64,000 nucleotides of DNA. Origin: Escherichia phage Ec_Makalu_003. This document shows, one piece after another, positions 27,182 to 35,058 of the stretch. The position numbers and the translations under genes are program-made. Under the pieces are notes generated by a model. It was not told the origin of the DNA and made no database searches. It worked only from the letters and a program-made list of their open reading frames with translations. The stretch lies in sequence record MN882349.1; one strand, given 5' to 3'. The first letter of the stretch is position 1. Each line of letters begins with the position of its first letter.

Positions 27182-27502
27182 TTATTTATAAATTTCGACG
27201 ATCTGCGCTGGAGTCAGCCCGTCTACATTAATCAGACTATCAAGCCCAAAACTACGGAAACCTTCAACTGCAATTTCATATACTGGCAAAGATGTTTCTG
27301 ATTCTTTACGCGGTTTTTCTACATTAGGAACTAACCATTTTTCGTATGTTTCAAAAGGCATCAGTGCCGGATCTCGCGTGGCGATCATCTCGCGGACAGT
27401 ACCATCTTTCTTAGTAAACTGCAAAGAGTGAGTACCGACCGAAAACATTTTCTTTAGTGCTTCACGAAGTGCGATAATATCAATTTGTTCAGTCATTATC
27501 AA
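27182..27502 (-). CDS. hypothetical protein, 106 aa (31.x position)
   Basis: ORF between cd and 31. Confidence 0.5.
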   Translation of the reverse strand: MIMTEQIDIIALREALKKMFSVGTHSLQFTKKDGTVREMIATRDPALMPFETYEKWLVPNVEKPRKESETSLPVYEIAVEGFRSFGLDSLINVDGLTPAQIVEIYK

Positions 27503-28016
27503 TACCCTTCAAATCAGTCAGTAATGCTTTTGGAATACGCGTAACCGTAATGTCAGCTTTATCCAAAATATCAGCCCAATCACGCCCACCATTTCGATCA
27601 TATGTGTCGCAATAGTATAGATGTTTAATTCCACTGTTTGCAATTGCTTTAGCGCAATCTGGACACGGTGAAGCCGTACACCACATACTAGCTCCTTCAA
27701 TCGATACACCGCTACGGGCAGCAAACAAAATAGCATTTAATTCAGCATGGATCTCGTTTTTCTGTGACCATGCACTATGCTCTGGTCGTTTTTCTGGGAT
27801 CATTTTACCTTCATCATCCAGCCAACCGCTTTTATGTGCATGACAGCTACAGTTTTCTTGTCCTGCTGGAGTACCATTAAATCCAGTAGAAATGATTCGC
27901 CCGTCTTTTTCAATTAGTGCGCCTACCTTCCACGAAACACATTTAGAGTTCTTTGCGATCAGGTAGGCGATCTGCATGTAAGTTTGTGATAACATAATAT
28001 AATCCTCACATATCAA
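27489..28016 (-). CDS. cd: dCMP deaminase
   Basis: zinc-binding HAELNAI and PCPDCAKAI motifs of cytidine/dCMP deaminases. Confidence 0.85.
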   Translation of the reverse strand: MICEDYIMLSQTYMQIAYLIAKNSKCVSWKVGALIEKDGRIISTGFNGTPAGQENCSCHAHKSGWLDDEGKMIPEKRPEHSAWSQKNEIHAELNAILFAARSGVSIEGASMWCTASPCPDCAKAIANSGIKHLYYCDTYDRNGGRDWADILDKADITVTRIPKALLTDLKGIDND

Positions 28017-28220
28017 TTAACCGTATACGCGAAAGTATTCTACTGACCCGTCGCTATACTGTTTTACATTGAATGTATTCACACCATGATTATTTCTCAT
28101 GATGACATATAAACTACGACGTTCATCGCTAAACGGCATAACTGGTGCTGGTTCAATGTCAACATTAAAACCACGTTTAGCAAGTGCTTCGCCTAATTTC
28201 TTGATTTTATCGGTAAACAT
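28017..28220 (-). CDS. hypothetical protein, 67 aa
   Basis: abuts cd and pseT. Confidence 0.45.
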   Translation of the reverse strand: MFTDKIKKLGEALAKRGFNVDIEPAPVMPFSDERRSLYVIMRNNHGVNTFNVKQYSDGSVEYFRVYG

Positions 28221-29098
28221 TAAAAGTCTCCGTAGTTAACCTGAAAACATTCTACACCGATTGTGCGGTACATGTCAACCACTTGGTCACGGTCATCCAC
28301 TGCCAAAACAACATGATAACGTGGTGCAATTTCCGAGAAAAAGATCTCTTTCTTCACTTCATGATCTGGACGTCGATCATTAGTTTCACGTTGAAAGTGA
28401 TCGCTAGGTTCAATACCCTGTTCACGCAACCATTGCAGAGTATCTTCTTCGCAAACATCCTCACGCCCTGAGCATGTAATGATACGATAACCATTATCAC
28501 GATACAGTTTAAGCATTTCGATCACTTGCGGACGCGGTTTATCTTCTTTGACCTTTGTCCAGTCAAACGGATGACGACCGCCCTTATCCGCTAATGTTCC
28601 ATCAATATCAAAGATCACTGCCTTTGGCAGCATGGTATTCGGTTTGTATACTTCTTGACCCATATATTCTTGCATCAGATAAAATTGGTTACGTAAATGA
28701 GATAGCGGAATTGCTTTCTCGCCGCGATAGAAATTACGTTTCTTTAGTGTCTCAAACGGTTCATTGAACACTTGTTCAGTATACACCGCGTTAAATTCTT
28801 TTGCAAGTTCTTTGTAGAATACACGATGTTTTTCTTTCAGGTTGGTATCAGAGATAATTATACTCAATCCGCGTGATAGAGTCTCGCGAGCAATCATTCT
28901 CTGAACAGACTCTACCAGCTTTTCCTTTTCCTTAGTATATTTGTATTTCAAAGGTGAGTCAACACCAAACAACATAAGACGAAGATCATCACGATTCACA
29001 TTACGATAATTACTAAACCGTTTACACGTTTCCATAGCCCATGTAGTTTTACCGGACCCAGAACAACCAACGGTTAAAATCACTTCACATTTCGGCAT
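28220..29098 (-). CDS. pseT: polynucleotide kinase / 3'-phosphatase
   Basis: P-loop GCSGSGKTT at the N-terminus and HAD motif VIFDIDGTLA in the C-terminal half. Confidence 0.85.
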   Translation of the reverse strand: MPKCEVILTVGCSGSGKTTWAMETCKRFSNYRNVNRDDLRLMLFGVDSPLKYKYTKEKEKLVESVQRMIARETLSRGLSIIISDTNLKEKHRVFYKELAKEFNAVYTEQVFNEPFETLKKRNFYRGEKAIPLSHLRNQFYLMQEYMGQEVYKPNTMLPKAVIFDIDGTLADKGGRHPFDWTKVKEDKPRPQVIEMLKLYRDNGYRIITCSGREDVCEEDTLQWLREQGIEPSDHFQRETNDRRPDHEVKKEIFFSEIAPRYHVVLAVDDRDQVVDMYRTIGVECFQVNYGDF

Positions 29099-29550
29099 TA
29101 TTTCTCCTTCGGTTTACACCGTTCCTCATTGAGTTCTTTGCGATAATAACACATGATCAACTTACTTTCAAGTGTATATCTCTTAATATCAGCCAACCAG
29201 ACTCTAAATTTTTGGGAGTCCTCCCATGACATAGAAACTCTAGGCTTACCGTCTATTGTATCCACATTCAGGTCAATGTCAACTTTTTCTATTGGTGCTG
29301 GTAGTGGTGGATGTAATTTCGGTTCCTGTGAATAATGGTCCAGTGTACACGAAGAAAGAGCAAATACAATAGGCACAGCGAAGACATGGATTATGGCGGT
29401 CTGAAAATTCTTATGTGTTTTCTTAAATATCCAGTGTATCACGAAAATTGAAAACACCATCAGGATAATAATGCTTGCACCTATCCACAGATAATCAACC
29501 AGATTAAAATTGCTTATCTGCTCTTGCGTAGGCAATATTTCTATGCTCAT
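29098..29550 (-). CDS. probable o-spanin lipoprotein
   Basis: internal signal peptide with lipobox FALSSC; at the T4 pseT.2/pseT.3 locus; true start may be an internal Met. Confidence 0.5.
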   Translation of the reverse strand: MSIEILPTQEQISNFNLVDYLWIGASIIILMVFSIFVIHWIFKKTHKNFQTAIIHVFAVPIVFALSSCTLDHYSQEPKLHPPLPAPIEKVDIDLNVDTIDGKPRVSMSWEDSQKFRVWLADIKRYTLESKLIMCYYRKELNEERCKPKEK

Positions 29551-29870
29551 TTAGTAGCCTCCTTTAATTCTTCGGTAAACTCCTTAAATGAGTCATTAAG
29601 CTGTTTCTCTACCAACTTGGGTTTTTGTGCTACTACATAGCCTCGTGTAGCGTCTTTCATTGCTTTGTTTTGTTCTTCTGCAAACTTAGTTCTTATTCCG
29701 TACATATCCTTTTGTAGTGAGTCTACGACCTTCATCTTTTCATCTGTCTTTTTCTTATACTCTGTAAATTCCTGATTCAGTCGATCTACCTCCTTTTTAT
29801 TTTCCCACCACATATTGCCACCTACCCCCAGCAACACAGATATGATAACAATGTATATCAGCTTTGACAT
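29547..29870 (-). CDS. probable i-spanin
   Basis: ATG at 29870; N-terminal TM helix then charged coiled-coil; coupled to the o-spanin candidate. Confidence 0.5.
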   Translation of the reverse strand: MSKLIYIVIISVLLGVGGNMWWENKKEVDRLNQEFTEYKKKTDEKMKVVDSLQKDMYGIRTKFAEEQNKAMKDATRGYVVAQKPKLVEKQLNDSFKEFTEELKEATK

Positions 29871-29882
29871 ATTACCCCCAAC

Positions 29883-29908
29883 GACAAAAGGCGGGGAACT
29901 AGCCCCGC
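29883..29908 (-). terminator. terminator-like hairpin after rnlA
   Basis: gcgggg..ccccgc hairpin followed on the minus strand by CUUUUGU. Confidence 0.4.
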
Positions 29909-29914
29909 TTATTA

Positions 29915-31084
29915 TTACCAATCAATCTTATCAGCCGGAATAAGTTTCTTATAATTCCGTAGATAGTAAGTTTTCATTGAATCCAGAATACGGTCATAAT
30001 CAAGGCCATCAAATGCAATCATCAGACACATGAAAATATATGCTTGTGCATCACCATGTTTACGTGATTCGATAGTCGCATTTGATGCATATGTCTTTCT
30101 GTCTTCTCCAGCGTGTGCGTTATAAAATTCTGTTGCTGTCGTGAAGGCATTGCGAAGAATAGACCTGAATGCTTCCTCGAATAGCTCGATTCGTTCCAGT
30201 GCTCCCGGTTCGCCTTCATATGCAGCACGCAAATCATCGGTTTCGCTTTCTACGACATAGTAGATCAAGTTATTAGGAAACATCGATGTATTTTTAATGT
30301 TATGCACACCAATATACCATTCACTTTTCACCTTGAACATCTGTCCGTCTTTGGTTCGTGCAACAATTCCTTCGATACCTTCTGCGGTCCGAACTTCGTC
30401 AAGAATATTGCCAAAACGCGCTGAATCAACCTGTAACGCATTTACCAGATGAGGACGTAGGATTGCGTCAGCAAATAGCATTTGATGCGGTACGTACTCT
30501 CCTGTGACGTTATGGCGTACATTCAGAAGTGTTAGCGACGGTTCAGAATATTCTACAACAATTCGGTTGCTGGGTGCTGTATATTCAAAGTTGAAAGTAT
30601 AATCAGACCCAATATCAGCAATCTTAGCGCGTAGATCCGCATACTTCTCTGAATACAGAAGACCGTTTGCTCTCTCTGCCTGGCTTGAGTACAAGGCCGC
30701 TTTAGACTTCAACTGAACATAGCCGTTATCAATGTATGTGCTTACTAGACTACCGTCCATTTTGTCCATGACCATTTCCACATCTTCCGGCTTAAAGCGA
30801 GCGCGATCATTCTCACCTAAATTAAAAAACTTCTCCATAGGACGAGATGCAATGCGGACCGGACGACCTTTATCGTCAATTTCAAACATGATCCCGCGAC
30901 ACTCTAACGCATCTGGTTTATTCCACATTTCCGGTTTGCTCAAGTACAGATAGCTAAAAATGCGCATACGGGTTTGCATCGCCGTAATTTCATCTTTGTA
31001 ATAGAACGTATCAGATCCGTCACATAGTGCCATCAGATTTTTGAACAATGCTAAAACTTTTTTGTTGTTTTCTTTTGTTGACAT
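29915..31084 (-). CDS. rnlA: RNA ligase 1
   Basis: ALECRGIMFE and IASRPMEKFFNL match T4 RnlA as recalled. Confidence 0.85.
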   Translation of the reverse strand: MSTKENNKKVLALFKNLMALCDGSDTFYYKDEITAMQTRMRIFSYLYLSKPEMWNKPDALECRGIMFEIDDKGRPVRIASRPMEKFFNLGENDRARFKPEDVEMVMDKMDGSLVSTYIDNGYVQLKSKAALYSSQAERANGLLYSEKYADLRAKIADIGSDYTFNFEYTAPSNRIVVEYSEPSLTLLNVRHNVTGEYVPHQMLFADAILRPHLVNALQVDSARFGNILDEVRTAEGIEGIVARTKDGQMFKVKSEWYIGVHNIKNTSMFPNNLIYYVVESETDDLRAAYEGEPGALERIELFEEAFRSILRNAFTTATEFYNAHAGEDRKTYASNATIESRKHGDAQAYIFMCLMIAFDGLDYDRILDSMKTYYLRNYKKLIPADKIDW

Positions 31085-31481
31085 AATTTGTGTTCCATTC
31101 TGGTTTAAATTTGGTGATCAAAACAGGTTCTTCGATATCGGCAGTGCTTATAATATCTTTACCCGTTGGATTCTCAATATATAACTCAAAACACTGGCGG
31201 TAATAGAATGTTACTGTCTTGCCTTCCTCTAGCGCCTTATGAATATTCTTACTCTTGCGAGTATCCGCTGTTGGTGTTTGTCTGTTAATGCTAGTCCGGT
31301 AATAATTGATCCGCTTTCTTAGATTGACAGTCTGACCAATATATACCAGTTCATCATCAACCACAATAGCGTAAAGAACATTTAAACGGTTCTTCTGAGG
31401 CGGTAGAATCACATCACCATCTTTACACTCTAAACATGAATATTTAACGAATCCATAGTTTTCTATTAGCTCATTAATCAT
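31020..31481 (-). CDS. denA: endonuclease II (GIY-YIG)
   Basis: VLYAIVVDDELVYIGQTVNLRKRINYYRT matches the T4 DenA GIY-YIG core; 3' end overlaps rnlA. Confidence 0.75.
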   Translation of the reverse strand: MINELIENYGFVKYSCLECKDGDVILPPQKNRLNVLYAIVVDDELVYIGQTVNLRKRINYYRTSINRQTPTADTRKSKNIHKALEEGKTVTFYYRQCFELYIENPTGKDIISTADIEEPVLITKFKPEWNTNYVNKRKQQKSFSIVQKSDGTM

Positions 31482-31500
31482 TATCCTTTCCTCACGTCAC

Positions 31501-31524
31501 AACAAAGGCGGGATTTCTCCCGCC
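31501..31524 (-). terminator. terminator-like hairpin upstream of denA
   Basis: ggcggga-tttc-tcccgcc hairpin followed on the minus strand by UUUGUU. Confidence 0.4.
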
Positions 31525-31531
31525 CACCTTA

Positions 31532-31930
31532 TTAACTTTCCAGAATATCGCGAGCTTCGTTACGCTCTTTGATGATTTTCAGGACAAATTCCAGTTTTTC
31601 TTTGTTCAGTGTCCCGTTTTCCATCGCTTCTTTTACGGTGAACACTCCGCCACCTTGCCCGTATACAGTGACAGTGATTTCGCCTAACATCGTGGTATGA
31701 AAACCGCCAATTTTCGGTGATTCGAACGAAACAATCACCTCGCGGACAGTATTACCGTCGTTGATTTCTGAGAGGGTAATGTCGTTTTTGTAGGCGGTTG
31801 CTTTAACCATACGGATCAGCATAGTCTGATCTGGGGAGATGGTCATTTTATCCATTGCATGTTGCAATGCAGCGTAACCGAAAACTTTAACGAAGTCCAG
31901 AACGTCTTTGCGAGTTTGAAATTTAATCAT
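31532..31930 (-). CDS. hypothetical protein, 132 aa
   Basis: first ORF of a PeSL cassette. Confidence 0.5.
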   Translation of the reverse strand: MIKFQTRKDVLDFVKVFGYAALQHAMDKMTISPDQTMLIRMVKATAYKNDITLSEINDGNTVREVIVSFESPKIGGFHTTMLGEITVTVYGQGGGVFTVKEAMENGTLNKEKLEFVLKIIKERNEARDILES

Positions 31931-31965
31931 CTTGATACTCCTTAGTAAGTTAGTTTCGTTTCGAT

Positions 31966-32001
31966 GGGGGGTATATTACTACTCCCGTGATATGCTGTCA
32001 A
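31966..32001 (-). promoter_or_regulatory. early promoter with stem-loop (PeSL)
   Basis: TTGACA followed by imperfect palindrome GGGAGTAGTAATATACCCCC. Confidence 0.55.
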
Positions 32002-32009
32002 TTGCTTTT

Positions 32010-32159
32010 TTATGCAACCGCAAACATCAACATTTGAACATTCTTGGCTGTCTGGCTTTCAAAGTTCTGACATTCTTTGATAATGTCCTCTACTTTCTCG
32101 CCAGAGATCTCCGCGTAAGTTTCGATTGCCATTTTCAGTACCGCGTCAAAGTTGTTCAT
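32010..32159 (-). CDS. hypothetical protein, 49 aa
   Basis: ATG at 32159 after a conserved leader. Confidence 0.3.
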   Translation of the reverse strand: MNNFDAVLKMAIETYAEISGEKVEDIIKECQNFESQTAKNVQMLMFAVA

Positions 32160-32191
32160 TTGGTTCTCCTTAAAGTGTATTTCGTTTCGAT

Positions 32192-32226
32192 GGGGGTATA
32201 TTACTACCCCCGTTATTCAGTGTCAA
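32192..32226 (-). promoter_or_regulatory. early promoter with stem-loop (PeSL)
   Basis: TTGACA followed by perfect palindrome GGGGGTAGTAATATACCCCC. Confidence 0.6.
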
Positions 32227-32445
32227 CTACTTTTTAATGACAAGTTCGAATTTTGCTACCTTGCGTCCTCGTTTATTGAAAGCAACCCACGGACGGTTTT
32301 CAATGTAGAACAATTCTTCACCAATAATGAATATTGGCTGATTGTAAAGGCGACCCATCAGGTCACGTTGGCGAATAGTAGTAGATTCGTATACTTCGCC
32401 TACTACAAAGTGTTTGCTGATAGAGTCGGTGCAAGTAAATTTCAT
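32227..32445 (-). CDS. small protein, 72 aa (paralogue of 59488..59694)
   Basis: shared C-terminal NKRGRKVAKFELVIKK vs TKRNGDPVAKFEIIK. Confidence 0.5.
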   Translation of the reverse strand: MKFTCTDSISKHFVVGEVYESTTIRQRDLMGRLYNQPIFIIGEELFYIENRPWVAFNKRGRKVAKFELVIKK

Positions 32446-32472
32446 TTTGATTCTCCTTTGTTTCGTTTCGAT

Positions 32473-32507
32473 GGGAGTATCTTACAACTCCCAATATTCA
32501 GTGTCAA
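32473..32507 (-). promoter_or_regulatory. early promoter with stem-loop (PeSL)
   Basis: TTGACA followed by palindrome GGGAGTTGTAAGATACTCCC. Confidence 0.6.
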
Positions 32508-32514
32508 CTGCTTT

Positions 32515-32733
32515 TTACTTGTTGTATTCATTCCACCAACGAGTAAGTTTATCGATTATTTTTGTGTTTCTATCCAATTTCTCCCACCGTTTACGCGGGT
32601 TTATAAGCCGGAATAGGTAGGGTGTACTTGTTAAGTGAACTCGGTCAAAATAATGGTTGATAAGCTGGCATTCAATTCTCAATTTCATCTTTTTACGATG
32701 AAAATATGCAATCACTTGTTCTTCTGTTTCCAT
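32515..32733 (-). CDS. hypothetical protein, 72 aa
   Basis: ORF after a PeSL-family promoter. Confidence 0.45.
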   Translation of the reverse strand: METEEQVIAYFHRKKMKLRIECQLINHYFDRVHLTSTPYLFRLINPRKRWEKLDRNTKIIDKLTRWWNEYNK

Positions 32734-32757
32734 ATGTTCCTCCGTTTCGATGCGTGC

Positions 32758-32786
32758 ATTATGCTATACCCCGGTCCGATTGTCAA
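32758..32786 (-). promoter_or_regulatory. early promoter, PeSL family with degenerate stem
   Basis: TTGACA, 17 nt, CATAAT. Confidence 0.5.
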
Positions 32787-32833
32787 CACCCAATAACAAA
32801 AAAGTCGCCACTATGGGCGACTTAGGTTAAACA

Positions 32834-33310
32834 TTAATCATGACCGTGGTTGGCAAGATCCGCTCGTGTCTTATCTTTGTGATTTCCTACGTCAAAGACA
32901 CGATAGCCGTTTTCTCGGAGAACTTTAATCACTTCTGGGTTATCCTCAAAGACTCCCACCACTTCATCTTTATCAAATGATTTAATTACCTCTAATTTGA
33001 TGTGATAGTCTTTACGGGAATCGGTACGGCCTCTCATAAAGATTTTATCAAAACACACCCCGTTAGAAATTAACCAATCAATTGTTTCCATGTAAGCATG
33101 TGAACTTCGTCCGGTGAGGATGTAAATCAAATGCCCGTTGTCGGAAAGAGCATTAATAACACGAATTACATCGTAAATGGGGGAATCTCCCCCACATGCC
33201 TTGTTATATTCGATCCATGACTCGACTTTATCAAGATTTTCGGTTGGCATCTTTGCTAGTCGATGCGTTGGATCTGTGATCGTAAAATCTAAATCGACAA
33301 AATATATCAT
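32834..33310 (-). CDS. HAD-superfamily phosphatase-like protein
   Basis: N-terminal DLDFTIT (DxDxT) motif. Confidence 0.5.
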   Translation of the reverse strand: MIYFVDLDFTITDPTHRLAKMPTENLDKVESWIEYNKACGGDSPIYDVIRVINALSDNGHLIYILTGRSSHAYMETIDWLISNGVCFDKIFMRGRTDSRKDYHIKLEVIKSFDKDEVVGVFEDNPEVIKVLRENGYRVFDVGNHKDKTRADLANHGHD

Positions 33311-34467
33311 AGATATTTCCCGAATCGGTTGTAGTCATCGTCTGTTAAATCGGTATTAACCTGAGATACCAGATACATAATCTCTACTTCCTGCGCTGCA
33401 TTCTGTACTTCGTCAGAGTTCAACCATTTACGCATCCACGGTAAAGGATGACGACGAACACTAAACGGGCTTTTCAGTCCGGCAGCACGCATACGGGAAT
33501 CTGCCAGGTATTCTACATAGGTTTTCAGAATTTCCGGTGACAGGTTAGGAATTGCCCCCATTGCGAATAAGTGATCTACCCATTCTTTTTCTTGCTCGAC
33601 AACATCCAGAAAGATTTTCGTTGCTTCGTCTTCAAGTTCTTCCGCAATCTGTTTCCACTCATCACCATCAGCCCCCGTTTGCCATTGACGAATAATGTAT
33701 TGTGTGCCTTTTAGGTGAAGTTGTTCGTCACGCGCAATAAATTTCATGATCTTCGCGTTACCTTCCAGTAAACCACGTTCGGCAAAGCTGAAAGTACATG
33801 CAAAGGACACATAAAAACGGATTGCTTCCAAAGCATTAACGCAGTGTGCACACAGATAAATCGACGCCATCAGATCTCGTTTTGTATCTTCAAAAAATCT
33901 TCTTGCATCATCTAATGCTGTCTGGTCGTCTCGTTCTTCCCAATAGCGGAGATCTTCTTTTGCATTCTCATACTTACGAATCCAATAAAGAACATCGTCA
34001 TAGTATTGTCCGATAGATTCCGCTCGCTTCATGATCGCAGGGTTATCGATGATCTGGTCAAACTCACTAGCCGGATCAATGAAACAGTTACGCATAATGT
34101 GAGTATAACTGCGGCTATGAATTGTCTCGCTGAATGTCCAGGTTTGTAACCATGTATCGAGAGTTGGATCAGATACAATTGGACCAAATGCTGCGGACGG
34201 TGCGCGACCTTGAATAGAATCAAGTAATGTCTGATACTTCAAGTTTTCTGTAAAGAAACGTTTTTCAACATCGCCCATATTCAGATATTGAATGCGGTCG
34301 GTTGCAAGTGAAATCTCTTCTGGACGCCAGAAAAATGACAGAGATTTTTCAATTAATTCTTCAAATACTTGATGACGCTGAATGTCATAGCGAGCAATCC
34401 CTAAATCACTACCCAGAAACATTGGTTCGTTCATAATATCAACATGTTCGCGGTTAAATACGCTCAT
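33307..34467 (-). CDS. nrdB: ribonucleotide reductase small subunit
   Basis: 386 aa; ferritin-like di-iron pattern; T4 position. Confidence 0.85.
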   Translation of the reverse strand: MSVFNREHVDIMNEPMFLGSDLGIARYDIQRHQVFEELIEKSLSFFWRPEEISLATDRIQYLNMGDVEKRFFTENLKYQTLLDSIQGRAPSAAFGPIVSDPTLDTWLQTWTFSETIHSRSYTHIMRNCFIDPASEFDQIIDNPAIMKRAESIGQYYDDVLYWIRKYENAKEDLRYWEERDDQTALDDARRFFEDTKRDLMASIYLCAHCVNALEAIRFYVSFACTFSFAERGLLEGNAKIMKFIARDEQLHLKGTQYIIRQWQTGADGDEWKQIAEELEDEATKIFLDVVEQEKEWVDHLFAMGAIPNLSPEILKTYVEYLADSRMRAAGLKSPFSVRRHPLPWMRKWLNSDEVQNAAQEVEIMYLVSQVNTDLTDDDYNRFGKYL

Positions 34468-34482
34468 TAATTCACCTCACTA

Positions 34483-34650
34483 TCACTTTTTAATACAAAA
34501 GAACTTAGTATTTCTGTTTATGTCTCTATCCTGTTGCAATTCCTGCATGGCTTCAAAACAACTTTGATGTGATGAAAACTCTACGCTGGTAACAGTTCCT
34601 TTATTATATACCCCGACACTAACGGAAAGCAATAACCATAATGTAGCCAT
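34483..34650 (-). CDS. small protein, 55 aa (tandem paralogue)
   Basis: MATLWLLLSV... hydrophobic N-terminus; TAATG coupling. Confidence 0.4.
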   Translation of the reverse strand: MATLWLLLSVSVGVYNKGTVTSVEFSSHQSCFEAMQELQQDRDINRNTKFFCIKK

Positions 34651-34823
34651 TAGTTCACCTTCTGCTTTTCAATGCAATACAGATTCATAAAGCGTTTATT
34701 GTCTTCGCGGATAATCTCGCGAGCTTTAACGCAATCCTGCTTTGTTGCAAATTCAATGCTTGACATATTTCCGTAATTATACATTGAATTGCTTATTGCA
34801 ATCAATAACCATACAGTAGCCAT
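34650..34823 (-). CDS. small protein, 57 aa (tandem paralogue)
   Basis: MATVWLLIAI...; TAATG coupling to both neighbours. Confidence 0.4.
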   Translation of the reverse strand: MATVWLLIAISNSMYNYGNMSSIEFATKQDCVKAREIIREDNKRFMNLYCIEKQKVN

Positions 34824-34990
34824 TATCCGACAACCTCAAAACATTTATCATCAGGAAGAATAGCCCATTCTACGCCGTATTCATCCTTAACGTAGTAGCA
34901 AGTCCCATCATGTCGAGCATCATATTCATCACCGACAACAAAGCTATCAGCTAGCTCAAAATCTACAGCAACACATTTTAATTTTGCCAT
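34823..34990 (-). CDS. small protein, 55 aa
   Basis: ATG at 34990 with GAGGA, directly after the PeSL at 35022. Confidence 0.4.
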   Translation of the reverse strand: MAKLKCVAVDFELADSFVVGDEYDARHDGTCYYVKDEYGVEWAILPDDKCFEVVG

Positions 34991-35021
34991 AATAAAATCC
35001 TCATTTGTTTTTGATGGTTGC

Positions 35022-35050
35022 AGTATAGCGGGGATTTCTCCCCGCGTCAA
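35022..35050 (-). promoter_or_regulatory. early promoter with stem-loop (PeSL)
   Basis: TTGACG, spacer CGGGGAGAAATCCCCGC, TATACT. Confidence 0.6.
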
Positions 35051-35058
35051 CACTTATT

